IMG/VR virus record: IMGVR_UViG_3300031673_000024
DNA length: 64,000 nt
Origin: an uncultured virus (IMG/VR IMGVR_UViG_3300031673_000024)
Taxonomy: Duplodnaviria > Heunggongvirae > Uroviricota > Caudoviricetes
Strand: one strand, 5' to 3'
A model generated the notes under the pieces. The model was given only the letters and a program-made list of their open reading frames with translations. It was not told the origin of the DNA and ran no database searches. A program made the position numbers and the translations under genes. This document shows positions 39,273-48,207 of the stretch, one piece after another (positions within the stretch are counted from its first letter, which is position 1; each line of letters starts with the position of its first letter).

Positions 39273-40661
39273 TTATGCTTTGTCGCGCTTGGTCTTAGGT
39301 GCTACGAGCGCGTCCTGCTCTGCATGACCGAAGTACCTGATCTCCACAGGAACCTCCCGCTGCCCTGCCTGGTCAGCAGCGCGAACGCGGTGGTTGCCCT
39401 CATAGATGAGGGGCTCCTTGCCGTGGTCTTTGACGACGAGGATCGGGTCTTGGATGCCGCGCTTCTTGATGTCGGCTACGAAGGCTTCCCACCTCGCCTC
39501 GGGGTAGCGTCCGAAGAGCTTCTCCCCGTTCTCGGTTCGCCAGTGTAGGTACTTTTCCTCGCCCTTCTTACCTCGGAGTTTCATCGCCTCAGCGGTAGGA
39601 ATGGTTCCCCTTTCCCGTCGAGTCAGGTGTCTGGAATCACCGACCCTACCCTCTCCTTCCCATTCAATCTCCAAGGAAGAGGACAGAACCGACGCTGAAG
39701 CACTTGCCTTGCGCCTTTTCGCGTCGATGAAGAGTTTGAACCAAGACACGAGCTTTTTGTAGACATCTTCGGGGGAGTCATCACCGTACGGGATCTGACC
39801 GGCGCCCGTGTAGAGGATGCCGCCGAGCTTGATCTGGCTGTCCTCCAACCAGATGTCGATGCCTCGATCGATGTCCGGTTGGTCGATCCAAATCTGACGA
39901 CGGTGGGACCGACCTCCTGTCCCCTTGTAGCCTTGACGAATCTTCGTCGCCCCGATGTCCCGCTTCAAGCGCTTGAGCAGGCCCGCCAGCTTCTTGTTGA
40001 ACTCGCCGCTCCCGTCCTCCGTAACCGATCCCGAAGTCTTCCCACTCTTCCAGCACGTCTCCGAGCAATACTCCTTGCCGGCCTTGCTGAGCGCGACAGG
40101 TGCCTGACACTTCCCACACCGCTTCACGATGTTGAGTGCCTTGTAAGCCATCCGGGCTCTATTGACGACGCGCTCGACGATGTCATCGACGGAGTTCGCG
40201 CGTCGGTGGATGGTACACTGCGAAACCTCTTCCTTCGGGTTGAGGGGTCGCTGGAAGACGAGTTTGCCGGTGCTGAAAGCACCTTCTTCCTTTCCCTCGC
40301 GCAGCGCCTTCGTCTCGTACTCGGTACAGATGCGGATGGCGTCCGCGCCCTTGCCTCGTACCGTCTCCTTCCCCTTCGTGATGGAAGTGAAGACGTTGAT
40401 GACGAGGCCAGGATCTTTGCGGTGCTGGAACGTGAGCACCAACTCCTGCCCCTGCCATCTTTCTTTTCCGTACGAGCGACCCTTGTCCCGGGTCCGGCGG
40501 GTCGAGGGCTTGAACCCGATGGCCCCGAGCTTCTGCTGCAACTTCTCGGCTAGCTCTGCTCGTTGTGCCGGGTTGTCGACGTCGAACGCCATACCCTTGA
40601 CCAACGCGGCAGCGGCAGTGCGGAGCGTTTTGGCTACCTGCTTACGGGCGTCATCGTTCAT
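39273..40661 (-). CDS. Leader-tagged multidomain protein with Zn-finger and C-terminal ParB/Srx-like domain
   Basis: MNDDARKQVAKTLRTAAAAL start at 40661; CGKC...YCSETC; IKKRGIQDPILV...IYEGNHRVRAA...EVPV. Confidence 0.7.
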   Translation of the reverse strand: MNDDARKQVAKTLRTAAAALVKGMAFDVDNPAQRAELAEKLQQKLGAIGFKPSTRRTRDKGRSYGKERWQGQELVLTFQHRKDPGLVINVFTSITKGKETVRGKGADAIRICTEYETKALREGKEEGAFSTGKLVFQRPLNPKEEVSQCTIHRRANSVDDIVERVVNRARMAYKALNIVKRCGKCQAPVALSKAGKEYCSETCWKSGKTSGSVTEDGSGEFNKKLAGLLKRLKRDIGATKIRQGYKGTGGRSHRRQIWIDQPDIDRGIDIWLEDSQIKLGGILYTGAGQIPYGDDSPEDVYKKLVSWFKLFIDAKRRKASASASVLSSSLEIEWEGEGRVGDSRHLTRRERGTIPTAEAMKLRGKKGEEKYLHWRTENGEKLFGRYPEARWEAFVADIKKRGIQDPILVVKDHGKEPLIYEGNHRVRAADQAGQREVPVEIRYFGHAEQDALVAPKTKRDKA

Positions 40662-40696
40662 TCGCGGACCTCGTACCAGAGTGTGCATTCTAAGGG

Positions 40697-41584
40697 ATGA
40701 ATGCTCCCCTCCTAACGATGGGCCTGGCCTTGTTGGCTGTCAGCCAACCCATGACGCCAAGCTCCTTCACAACCGCCAAGCAGCGCGCGATGGAGGTCAC
40801 GCTCGATCATCGGCAAACGCTCTACTGTGGATGCGACTTCTCGGTAGATAGCACCTTGAACCCGGAGCAGTGTGGCTACGTACCCAAGCAGATGTTCACG
40901 GCGACTGGTAACGTGAATGTCCGCACAGGCCGGATCGAGTGGGAGCACATCGTCACTGCCTACCGCATGGGCAAGGGACGGAAGTGTTGGGAAGACAAGA
41001 CCGCGTTCCCTACGTGCCAACGTGAGTCAGGAAGCTGGCTTTCTCCGCGCGAGTGCTGTCGAAAGGTCGACCCCGTGTTCCGGGCGATGGAAACAGACCT
41101 CCACAACCTGTGGCCCGCCATCGGCGAGTTGAACGCTGACCGATCGAACAAGCCTTTTTCCTCTGTGGCGGGGGAGGAACGGGCCTATGGTGCCTGTGAC
41201 TTCGAGGTAACCAGCAGCGTCGCTGAGGTTCGCCCTGCGTCTCAGGGGGAAGTAGCGCGCGCTTCGCTCTACATGGCTTTGGTCTGGGATGTCCCGCTCA
41301 TGGAAGAGGAGCGCGTACAGTTTCAAGCGTGGAGCCTCGCGGACCCACCAGACGAGTGGGAGCTTGAACGTGACCGGCGGATCGCCGAGCTTCAAGGCGT
41401 GAACAACCCCTTTGTCAGCGAGCACCCGTACGTCCACAATGGGAAACCATGCACACCAAGGTTTCACTGTTGCCGGGTGTGTTCTGCATCCCAGGCTTGC
41501 GGTAACGCCTGTATCTCATCGTCGAAGACCTGCGCAACGGAACCCGGCTGCGCGTGCCAGAGGAGTGACCTGTGTCCCGAGTAA
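40697..41584 (+). CDS. endA: Secreted endonuclease I (EndA/Vvn family) with Cys-rich C-terminal extension
   Basis: Signal-peptide-like start; YCGC, RIEWEHIV, DLHNLWPAIGELNADRSN, YGACDF, GEVARASLYM, WELER. Confidence 0.9.
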   Translation: MNAPLLTMGLALLAVSQPMTPSSFTTAKQRAMEVTLDHRQTLYCGCDFSVDSTLNPEQCGYVPKQMFTATGNVNVRTGRIEWEHIVTAYRMGKGRKCWEDKTAFPTCQRESGSWLSPRECCRKVDPVFRAMETDLHNLWPAIGELNADRSNKPFSSVAGEERAYGACDFEVTSSVAEVRPASQGEVARASLYMALVWDVPLMEEERVQFQAWSLADPPDEWELERDRRIAELQGVNNPFVSEHPYVHNGKPCTPRFHCCRVCSASQACGNACISSSKTCATEPGCACQRSDLCPE

Positions 41585-42678
41585 GTGCCTTCCTGACCGC
41601 GCCGTTGACCTACCTCAAGAAAATGCTGTCGCTCTCCAATGCGGATGAGGGTCGCGAGTTGGCCCACAACTTCCCCCACGTCTTCTTCGAGTGGGCAGCG
41701 CAGGAAGGGATCATAGACGAGGAGCCGGAGGACATATGGGAAGAGGTCGACAACATCGAGGAACTCCTCAAAGACGACAAGCTGGCTGCCGCCTTTCGCC
41801 AAGAGACGCACCGTAACGACGATATCAACCGCGAGTCCGATGCACCCCCCTTCCTCTTCATGAGCTACGAGAGCATGGTCAAGAACGAGTGGCTCATCCA
41901 CTTCACGGGAGATGCTCTGGCCATAGCCTCGCAGGGGTTCAAGCACGGCGTTGACGTGGATGACTTGAACCAACTCGGGCTCTCAACGCACTGGAAGATG
42001 GAGTCCAAGCGTGGCGGGTTCAACTTCGCCTATGACACAGACGACTTCAAGCGCTACGGCAAGGGACAACACGGGCAAGGTTGGAAGTACGGCAAGGAAG
42101 CCGTGGTCTTCCAGGCCAACGGCATCCGGGTCTGGCACTACGGCGACGATGAGCCGCAGATCATCTTCGAGGGGAAGACCGCACGCAACATCGTGCCTAT
42201 CCGCGAGGGCTATGATAGCTGGGAGGTCATCTCGCAGAATACGGGTAACGTTGTCTACAAGAACGAAGAGCTTGACGAGGTCGTCAACTGGGTGATTAGA
42301 AACTTCCAACAGTACCGCAAGCCGCTGCTTGGGGCACTGGAAGCCGTAAGCGCAGCGCGTGGTCTCTTGTCCGGAGCCTCTAAGCTGTCTCCAGAGGACG
42401 AGAAGTGGCTGGAGGAAAAGCTGCTTGAGGGCATCCAATCCGCGTACGCCGCGTACCGCCAACGCCCCCACCTCGGCGAGCCATCACTGACGACGGCAAT
42501 TCTGCGGGGAGACCTTCACAACTACGGGCTGCCTATCGACATCAAGTTCCTTACGCGGGCAAACCAGGATAAGGCCGTCCGCAACGCGCTCGAACGTCTC
42601 CGCCGCGCGGGGAAGGTCACGTTCTCCTGGGGCGCGGGGCGCGGCGGGAAAGAGGTGCGCGTCTGGGAACCCGCCTGA
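41572..42678 (+). CDS. Hypothetical protein (possible ART-like core plus C-terminal winged-helix-like segment)
   Basis: AGGAG RBS, GTG start; WLIHFT...IA..GF...D.E.Q; AVSAA linker before the final domain. Confidence 0.55.
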   Translation: MSRVSAFLTAPLTYLKKMLSLSNADEGRELAHNFPHVFFEWAAQEGIIDEEPEDIWEEVDNIEELLKDDKLAAAFRQETHRNDDINRESDAPPFLFMSYESMVKNEWLIHFTGDALAIASQGFKHGVDVDDLNQLGLSTHWKMESKRGGFNFAYDTDDFKRYGKGQHGQGWKYGKEAVVFQANGIRVWHYGDDEPQIIFEGKTARNIVPIREGYDSWEVISQNTGNVVYKNEELDEVVNWVIRNFQQYRKPLLGALEAVSAARGLLSGASKLSPEDEKWLEEKLLEGIQSAYAAYRQRPHLGEPSLTTAILRGDLHNYGLPIDIKFLTRANQDKAVRNALERLRRAGKVTFSWGAGRGGKEVRVWEPA

Positions 42679-42690
42679 TATGTTCAGGGC

Positions 42691-43218
42691 ATGACGGCCT
42701 GGAACGAGAACGACGACCTCTTCAAGAAGCTCCTCCTACAAGGCAGGCACTGGGAAGTTAAGGTCGCGAGAAGGATTCGATCCTGGGGACTGGATGTCGA
42801 CCAAGGCGCCCTCAGCATCCGGGACGACATCAGCGAGGCGCACAAGTACGCCGAGCAAGTCGACCTCGTGTCCTACGGGTACGTCCTAGAGGTCAAGAGC
42901 CGGAACGTCGCCTTCACCTGCCCCGAGGACTTCCCATTCAAGGAAATCTTCATTGACACGGTGAGAGGTGTTACGAACAAGCACGTCGACATCTTCGTCT
43001 GTATCTCGCAGGACACCAAAGAGATCATTGCGCTCCCCACAAAGAGTACGAGGAAGCATTGGTCGGTGACCATGGCGCATGACAACGTTCGCAACATCGT
43101 AGAGAAGTTCTACGTGTGCGACCGTAGTCACTGGCAAGATGAGGACTGGCTGCGCTGGGCGCTCGAACGAGCTTCTACTCGTCCTCGTCGTCCTCAACCA
43201 AGCGAAGCGCAGGCGTAG
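42691..43218 (+). CDS. PD-(D/E)XK nuclease-like protein
   Basis: G..WE...VDL....VLEVKSR motif. Confidence 0.6.
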   Translation: MTAWNENDDLFKKLLLQGRHWEVKVARRIRSWGLDVDQGALSIRDDISEAHKYAEQVDLVSYGYVLEVKSRNVAFTCPEDFPFKEIFIDTVRGVTNKHVDIFVCISQDTKEIIALPTKSTRKHWSVTMAHDNVRNIVEKFYVCDRSHWQDEDWLRWALERASTRPRRPQPSEAQA

Positions 43219-43516
43219 GTTCGTCTGCCATGAAGCGCTGAGCGAACTCCCGGCACTTCTCGAAGTACGGTTCCTGCGCTTCGAGGCTCAACCCTTCGGC
43301 GTAGTTGTCCACCATGTCCACAGCCATCCGAGCAACCCCGATGAAGGGTGACTCATCCTCCATCAGCAGGGCCAGGTTGCGGAAGCCATCAGCAGCGCGC
43401 TCCCGATAGTTGTCGATGTCACCGTGGACGGACAGAAGACCGACCGCGACCAGCGCCTCCATCAGCGCCGCATCGACCTCCGACAGACCAGCCTCTTCAT
43501 CCTCGTCATCGTACAC
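43175..43516 (-). CDS. Small acidic hypothetical protein (start GTG 43516)
   Basis: GGAAGGGG RBS upstream; avoids overlap with the exonuclease gene. Confidence 0.5.
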   Translation of the reverse strand: MYDDEDEEAGLSEVDAALMEALVAVGLLSVHGDIDNYRERAADGFRNLALLMEDESPFIGVARMAVDMVDNYAEGLSLEAQEPYFEKCREFAQRFMADEPTPALRLVEDDEDE

Positions 43517-43571
43517 AGGAGCACCCCTTCCATGAAATATAGCTTCCTTGGAAGAGAGTGCCTCGCTGACC

Positions 43572-44591
43572 CTATACGGTGAACACAGGCTTATGCCCGT
43601 GCTCATCATACCCACGGAAAGCATTGAACATCGGCTCTGTCTGAGCGAGCAGGCTCTCGCACTCAAACTCCAGCAGCACGTCCATGGCCCCAGCCAGGTT
43701 CCCCTTCTGATCCTCCACGCCGCCGGGCGGGATTCGATCCAGCGCGCTGCGTAGGTCGGTGATCTTGAAGTTCTTGATCATGGTGTCCCGCTCCGTGAGC
43801 AGCGCATCCGCCAACCAGTCCGGGGCGTTGAGCTTTGGAGAGGAGACGCTCTCGTCAAAGTAGGCTCGGGCCGAAGTGTCCTCACAGAAGGCGCGGAGGG
43901 CATCCTTCTTTCCGCCCTTGCGAGCACCTTGTAGACCCTTGATGTTGTCGGAGGGATCGCCCAACAGCGCCTTCACCTTGCTCAAGTTATCGGGTCCTAC
44001 GCCGAAGTCTTCCCTCACCTGGGATTCCTTGACCCAGATGTTCGCAGAGCGGGCGCGAGGCTGTCCCTTGGGCTTCTTCGTGATGATGCAGGCGACCTCA
44101 TCCTTGTCCGAGATGAGTTGCCAGAGGTCACGGTCGGCGGAGTAGATGACCGTGGCCCCTTGGTTCGTAGACTTGCGATGCTGCTCGGCGTACCAAGCGA
44201 TCATGTCATCGGCTTCGCAGTCCTCCGCTGCTAGGTGTGTCCCTGGGAAGTTACGGAAGAGGCGCTCGATGTCAGGGCCGGGCGACCATCGACCGTCACC
44301 ATGCTCTACGGGGCCGCGAGTCGCCTTGTAAGCGGCGTTCAGCTCCCGTCGCCACTTGCACCCCCGATCGTAGGCGAAAGCCAGCCTGCGCGGTTTGAGG
44401 GCGAACACGTAGGACTTCAACTGCTTGAAGCAGCCGAAGATGTGGCCGCTCATCATCCCCTCGCTGGTTTCCATCCGGGAACCCAGAGCGTGGGCATGAC
44501 GATGCGCCATGTACGAGACGTCGAGCACCAAGGTGTCGATCGTGTTGTAGCCTGAACCTACGAGCTTGAAAGCCGACACATCACCGCCCAC
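43572..44591 (-). CDS. 5'-3' exonuclease/flap endonuclease (PolI N-terminal/T4 RNase H family)
   Basis: LVLD.SY, YD....WR...YKA.R, EADD, SADRDLWQL, ALLGDPSDNIKG. Confidence 0.9.
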   Translation of the reverse strand: MGGDVSAFKLVGSGYNTIDTLVLDVSYMAHRHAHALGSRMETSEGMMSGHIFGCFKQLKSYVFALKPRRLAFAYDRGCKWRRELNAAYKATRGPVEHGDGRWSPGPDIERLFRNFPGTHLAAEDCEADDMIAWYAEQHRKSTNQGATVIYSADRDLWQLISDKDEVACIITKKPKGQPRARSANIWVKESQVREDFGVGPDNLSKVKALLGDPSDNIKGLQGARKGGKKDALRAFCEDTSARAYFDESVSSPKLNAPDWLADALLTERDTMIKNFKITDLRSALDRIPPGGVEDQKGNLAGAMDVLLEFECESLLAQTEPMFNAFRGYDEHGHKPVFTV

Positions 44592-44892
44592 CCCACGGGT
44601 TGCGCCGAGAGGTAACCTCGGTCAGCGTCGGGGTGCGGGTAGTGTTGGCCGTGACGGGCGCTTCGTCAACCGGTACGTCTTCGTCTTCTCCCTCGTCGAA
44701 GGCTTCCGAGGCGCCTGTCATCATGTACGCGATGTCCGAGTACGGCTGCGCGAGCTTACCGTTCCCCTCCGGGTTCTCGTCGTAGAGGTTCTCTGCCTTC
44801 TGCGCGAAGGCGCGGGTCAGCCTCCCGAACACCTCTTTGAGTTCCTCGGGCGTCATCGTGCTGAAGGTTTGGATGATGTCGTCAGCCTTCAT
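44581..44892 (-). CDS. Small acidic hypothetical protein (start ATG 44892)
   Basis: ATGA overlap with the upstream gene; MKADDIIQ. Confidence 0.55.
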   Translation of the reverse strand: MKADDIIQTFSTMTPEELKEVFGRLTRAFAQKAENLYDENPEGNGKLAQPYSDIAYMMTGASEAFDEGEDEDVPVDEAPVTANTTRTPTLTEVTSRRNPWGGR

Positions 44893-45458
44893 GATGTCCC
44901 GCCCTGACGAACGTAGTCGCGGACTCGCTTCTTGTATCGCTTCACCCAGGCAGGGCTCATTGTACGGACGTCGCCCTTCCATCGCCATCCATGAAACAGA
45001 TACTTCCGAATCTCCTCTTTGGGTATAGGTGCTTCGGTGTCGAATTCGGTGTCGAACCACTCCTCAGTCGATCCCCAGCCACCGAATTCCTCACGTAGCC
45101 ATGCATCGTAGGGGATGATGCGAGTGACACGCGCCTTGTCTAAGTGCTCAGCGGGGAGGAACATCTCGCCTCCCCATCGCTCGGCGACGAGGAGGTCTGT
45201 GTCGACTTCGATCTCGACAAGGAAGGGCCGAATGTACCCTTTTCCCTGCGTCCACCTTGTGACGTTGTCGCTGGAGACGAGGAACAATCCCGGAGCTTTT
45301 CGCTCACGTAGGGCGATGGCATTGTCCTCGGGGACCTTCTTCGAGTCGAACTTGAAATTGGCTTTGTCCGTTAGGTGGTAGAAGGTCTGCTTACCACCCA
45401 AGACCAACGCGGCAGCACGCAGCGCCGAGGCGACTGCTTTCTTCTCGTCGGTATTCAT
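44889..45458 (-). CDS. Leader-tagged ADP-ribosyltransferase-like protein
   Basis: MNTDEKKAVASALRAAALVL leader; FYHLT...F...GLFL...EIEV...GEMF order resembles the ART fold. Confidence 0.5.
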   Translation of the reverse strand: MNTDEKKAVASALRAAALVLGGKQTFYHLTDKANFKFDSKKVPEDNAIALRERKAPGLFLVSSDNVTRWTQGKGYIRPFLVEIEVDTDLLVAERWGGEMFLPAEHLDKARVTRIIPYDAWLREEFGGWGSTEEWFDTEFDTEAPIPKEEIRKYLFHGWRWKGDVRTMSPAWVKRYKKRVRDYVRQGGTS

Positions 45459-45563
45459 GAGCTAGACCTCAGTAATCATCATCATCATCATCATCATCAA
45501 TAGCCAGCAGACAGCGCTGAGGCGGCAGCACGCAGCGCCGAGGCGACTGCTTTCTTCTCGTCG
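45409..45563 (-). repeat. Identical 42-bp direct repeat (45409-45450, 45522-45563) encoding DEKKAVASALRAAA
   Basis: Read directly from sequence. Confidence 0.95.
45476..45499 (-). repeat. (TGA)8 microsatellite beginning at the topoisomerase stop codon
   Basis: Eight TCA units on the + strand. Confidence 0.95.
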
Positions 45564-47041
45564 TCGGTCATCTCGTCGTCACCTTCCAGTGCCTCGGGCA
45601 GAATGTCGGAGTCGAGTTCCTCATCGTCGAGGCTCTCCGGCATGTCCTCGACGTCCTCGTCAGCACCGGGGAGCGTGATGTCTTTGGCCGTCTCCCACAG
45701 TTCCTCTGCGGTAGGCGGACCCTTCGCGACGACCTGCGACACTGTGCTTGCAGCGGCACCGAGCATGTTCATGTTCCCGCCGACGCGGGTCACGTAGCTC
45801 TCGATGATGGCGGGGCTGATGTACGCCTTCTGTGCCATCGCGGCTGTGTTGTTGATGAAGTCGGCGACCTTCTGGCTGGCTTCCTTGACCTTCTTCTTGA
45901 TCAGTCGCTTCGCCTTCTTCTCGTTCTCGGGGAGCGGGGGCGGAGGTGCTTCCAGCCCAGCGAGTGCCTCGGCTCCCTTGCGCGTCGCGAGAAGGGTACG
46001 GAAGTCCTTGGGGTGGAAGTCGCTGAGCCCAGACTCGTCCATGATCGGAGACAGGTCCTTGTCACCCACGTCGAACGCGAGGTCCGACCCAGACTTCCCT
46101 TCCAAGCGCTTCTTCAGGTACTTGGCAAGGTCAGGGTCCGTGAACTCCGCGTTGTTCTCCTTGGTGCTCTTGCCGATGAACTTCAACTTCACGGTGTCGC
46201 CGTCGATCGTGATGTTCTCAGCAGCCAGCGTGGAGATACCACGGTTGCCTGACTTCTTCAGATGAGCCACGCGGCCGGGTCGCAGCCCGGTTTCCGTGAT
46301 GATGGAGAGAACCGCAGCCGCGTCTCGGTCGTTGTCGTCGCGCTTGTCGTCCTGCATGACGGCTTTGATCGCCTCTTTAGCCATGTCGAAGCGTGTATCG
46401 AGCTTCTTGACGCGCTCCCACTTCTTCGCGGCAGTGCGGCGGTGGAACTCAGGGGTGTACGCTCTCTGGTCGCGCCCCTTCGGGTCTTTCCAGATGAGCA
46501 GCGCCTTGCTGTCGAGATCGCCTGTCAAGTCGACGCGGACAGTCGATGGATCGATCTCCGGTGCCGGGTACTTGGAGGGCTCCAAGTGACCAAGCGCTTC
46601 CTTCAAGGTAGCGCCTCCGTCGATGACGTCCTGCATCGTCATCTCTTTGCCCTTGAAGTCGTCGTAGCGGGAGCCGGCCTCGCTCTCGTCTTTCTTCTTC
46701 GGGGCTTTCGCTTTGGAAATGGGGGCGTCCACACCGAAGAAGTAGGCTGCCCCCTCCTTCGGCTTGACCTGGAGCTTCTTGCTCTTGATCGTGAGCTTTG
46801 CAGGGCCGGGGAGCGTGATAGGCATCGAGTGCTTCTCTTCGCTCTGGTCTTTCTTCCATACGAAGGTAGCCCGACCCACCCAGGACTTCTTGGTCTTCTC
46901 GGGCTGCGTCGTTACCTCGACCCAGACCTTATCGCCCTTGTTCTTCTTGCTCGACTTCTCCATCGCCTTCTCGGCTTGGGGATCGAGCTTCTCTGCTGCA
47001 ACGGTCAGCGCCTGGATGACGTTCTTGCGCCAGTCGTTCAC
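45497..47041 (-). CDS. DNA topoisomerase IB (bacterial/poxviral type) with added N- and C-terminal modules
   Basis: D.KGR.Q..Y, GLRPG, GISTL, FIGKS, PKDFRT, INNT and KAYI supply the R/K/R/N/Y catalytic set. Confidence 0.9.
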   Translation of the reverse strand: MNDWRKNVIQALTVAAEKLDPQAEKAMEKSSKKNKGDKVWVEVTTQPEKTKKSWVGRATFVWKKDQSEEKHSMPITLPGPAKLTIKSKKLQVKPKEGAAYFFGVDAPISKAKAPKKKDESEAGSRYDDFKGKEMTMQDVIDGGATLKEALGHLEPSKYPAPEIDPSTVRVDLTGDLDSKALLIWKDPKGRDQRAYTPEFHRRTAAKKWERVKKLDTRFDMAKEAIKAVMQDDKRDDNDRDAAAVLSIITETGLRPGRVAHLKKSGNRGISTLAAENITIDGDTVKLKFIGKSTKENNAEFTDPDLAKYLKKRLEGKSGSDLAFDVGDKDLSPIMDESGLSDFHPKDFRTLLATRKGAEALAGLEAPPPPLPENEKKAKRLIKKKVKEASQKVADFINNTAAMAQKAYISPAIIESYVTRVGGNMNMLGAAASTVSQVVAKGPPTAEELWETAKDITLPGADEDVEDMPESLDDEELDSDILPEALEGDDEMTDDEKKAVASALRAAASALSAGY

Positions 47042-47328
47042 GCTAGCTCCCGGACAGCAGCGACGAGGTCGTCGAGGTCGTTACCAATTAGAGTCGCGAG
47101 GTTCTGAAGACGCTCGATGCGCTCCCCAGGATCACGTCCTTCCATGAGGTCGTTACCTGCTTGCGCATAGACCTCAAAGAAATCACGCATGGACCGCATG
47201 GTTTCGGACTGCCCGGGCTTGGTGCCGACCCGGTAGACGGCACGCGGGGTAGTCGGCCCTCGCGCTTCCAGCGTCTTAGCTGCACTCCGTAGTGCTGTTG
47301 CGGCGCGCTTTTTCGTCATGGCATCCAT
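47038..47328 (-). CDS. Small leader-tagged protein
   Basis: AGGAG RBS; MDAMTKKRAATALRSAAKTLEA. Confidence 0.7.
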   Translation of the reverse strand: MDAMTKKRAATALRSAAKTLEARGPTTPRAVYRVGTKPGQSETMRSMRDFFEVYAQAGNDLMEGRDPGERIERLQNLATLIGNDLDDLVAAVRELA

Positions 47329-47384
47329 GCTGTCTCCTAGAAGCAGGATGCAGAGCGACAGCGCTTATCGACCTGCCTTGAGGC

Positions 47385-47888
47385 TCAGCGCGTGAATGCG
47401 GGCTGATTGAAGACGTAGGCTAACCCGATGCACATGCTCGTACCAAGAGCGTAGCCAGCCCCGATACCGACGACACCATCCACGTTCTCCCAGCCTTGAG
47501 CTAATTGATCACCGAGAGTAGGTTCGGGGCAGACGATGCCTTCGAGCTTGGTGATGTGGGCTTCAAGAACCCGCTTCTGCGCCTTGTACTCGGCGATGAC
47601 GGCGCGCTGCTCGATCGCTGCCTTCTGCAAAGAAAGCAAGTCGGCCTTGGCGCGCGTCAGGTCGGTCTGTGCTTGGTCGAGAGCAGGCTCACAAAGGGCG
47701 AGGTTCTTGTCAGATGCGTTGAGCGTAGCCAGAACGTCCATGCGTACCAGCGTGTGAGTCTCCCGGTGCTCGAAGCAATCCTTGGCGACGGGGAGCGCGG
47801 CGGGACTCTCCGGCCCGGCTAGGGTTGCTCCCGTTACGAACATCAACGCCAGTACAAAGCAAAGCAAGGGCGTAAGGCGGTCCTTCAC
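47385..47888 (-). CDS. Exported coiled-coil protein with C-terminal hydrophobic segment (spanin-like)
   Basis: GGAGG RBS, signal peptide, coiled coil, terminal TM-like stretch. Confidence 0.5.
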   Translation of the reverse strand: MKDRLTPLLCFVLALMFVTGATLAGPESPAALPVAKDCFEHRETHTLVRMDVLATLNASDKNLALCEPALDQAQTDLTRAKADLLSLQKAAIEQRAVIAEYKAQKRVLEAHITKLEGIVCPEPTLGDQLAQGWENVDGVVGIGAGYALGTSMCIGLAYVFNQPAFTR

Positions 47889-47979
47889 GGGTCCTCCGGG
47901 CGCCTGCTTGACGCATGTACTGTGGGCTTAGCTTAACGACCATGATCTCAACCAACAACAGGTAGCTCATCACTACACC

Positions 47980-48204
47980 GTGAAGAACCGGGTCGTCAAG
48001 CCATTCTCGTACATGGCTCGTTGTCTAATAGTAGCGGATCCCGCTCTCTTGGTGCGGACCCACTCGGAGTGGGGACTGTCCGGTGACTTCCTAGAGGAAT
48101 TCATCGCTGACGATGTGGCTTGGGATGCGCTGACCATCCCGACCCCCGACTTCGGCACAGCGGAGACGACATGGTTCGAGGACTTTGAAAGCGACTGGAC
48201 CTGA
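47980..48204 (+). CDS. Small acidic/Trp-rich protein
   Basis: Ends 3 nt before 48208; WFEDFESDW terminus; start uncertain. Confidence 0.45.
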   Translation: MKNRVVKPFSYMARCLIVADPALLVRTHSEWGLSGDFLEEFIADDVAWDALTIPTPDFGTAETTWFEDFESDWT

Positions 48205-48207
48205 CGA

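Noticed and set aside
45476..45499. TGA recoding (alternative genetic code)
   Set aside because: Numerous genes end at TGA with tight ATGA/GTGA coupling and conserved enzymes are uninterrupted in code 11.
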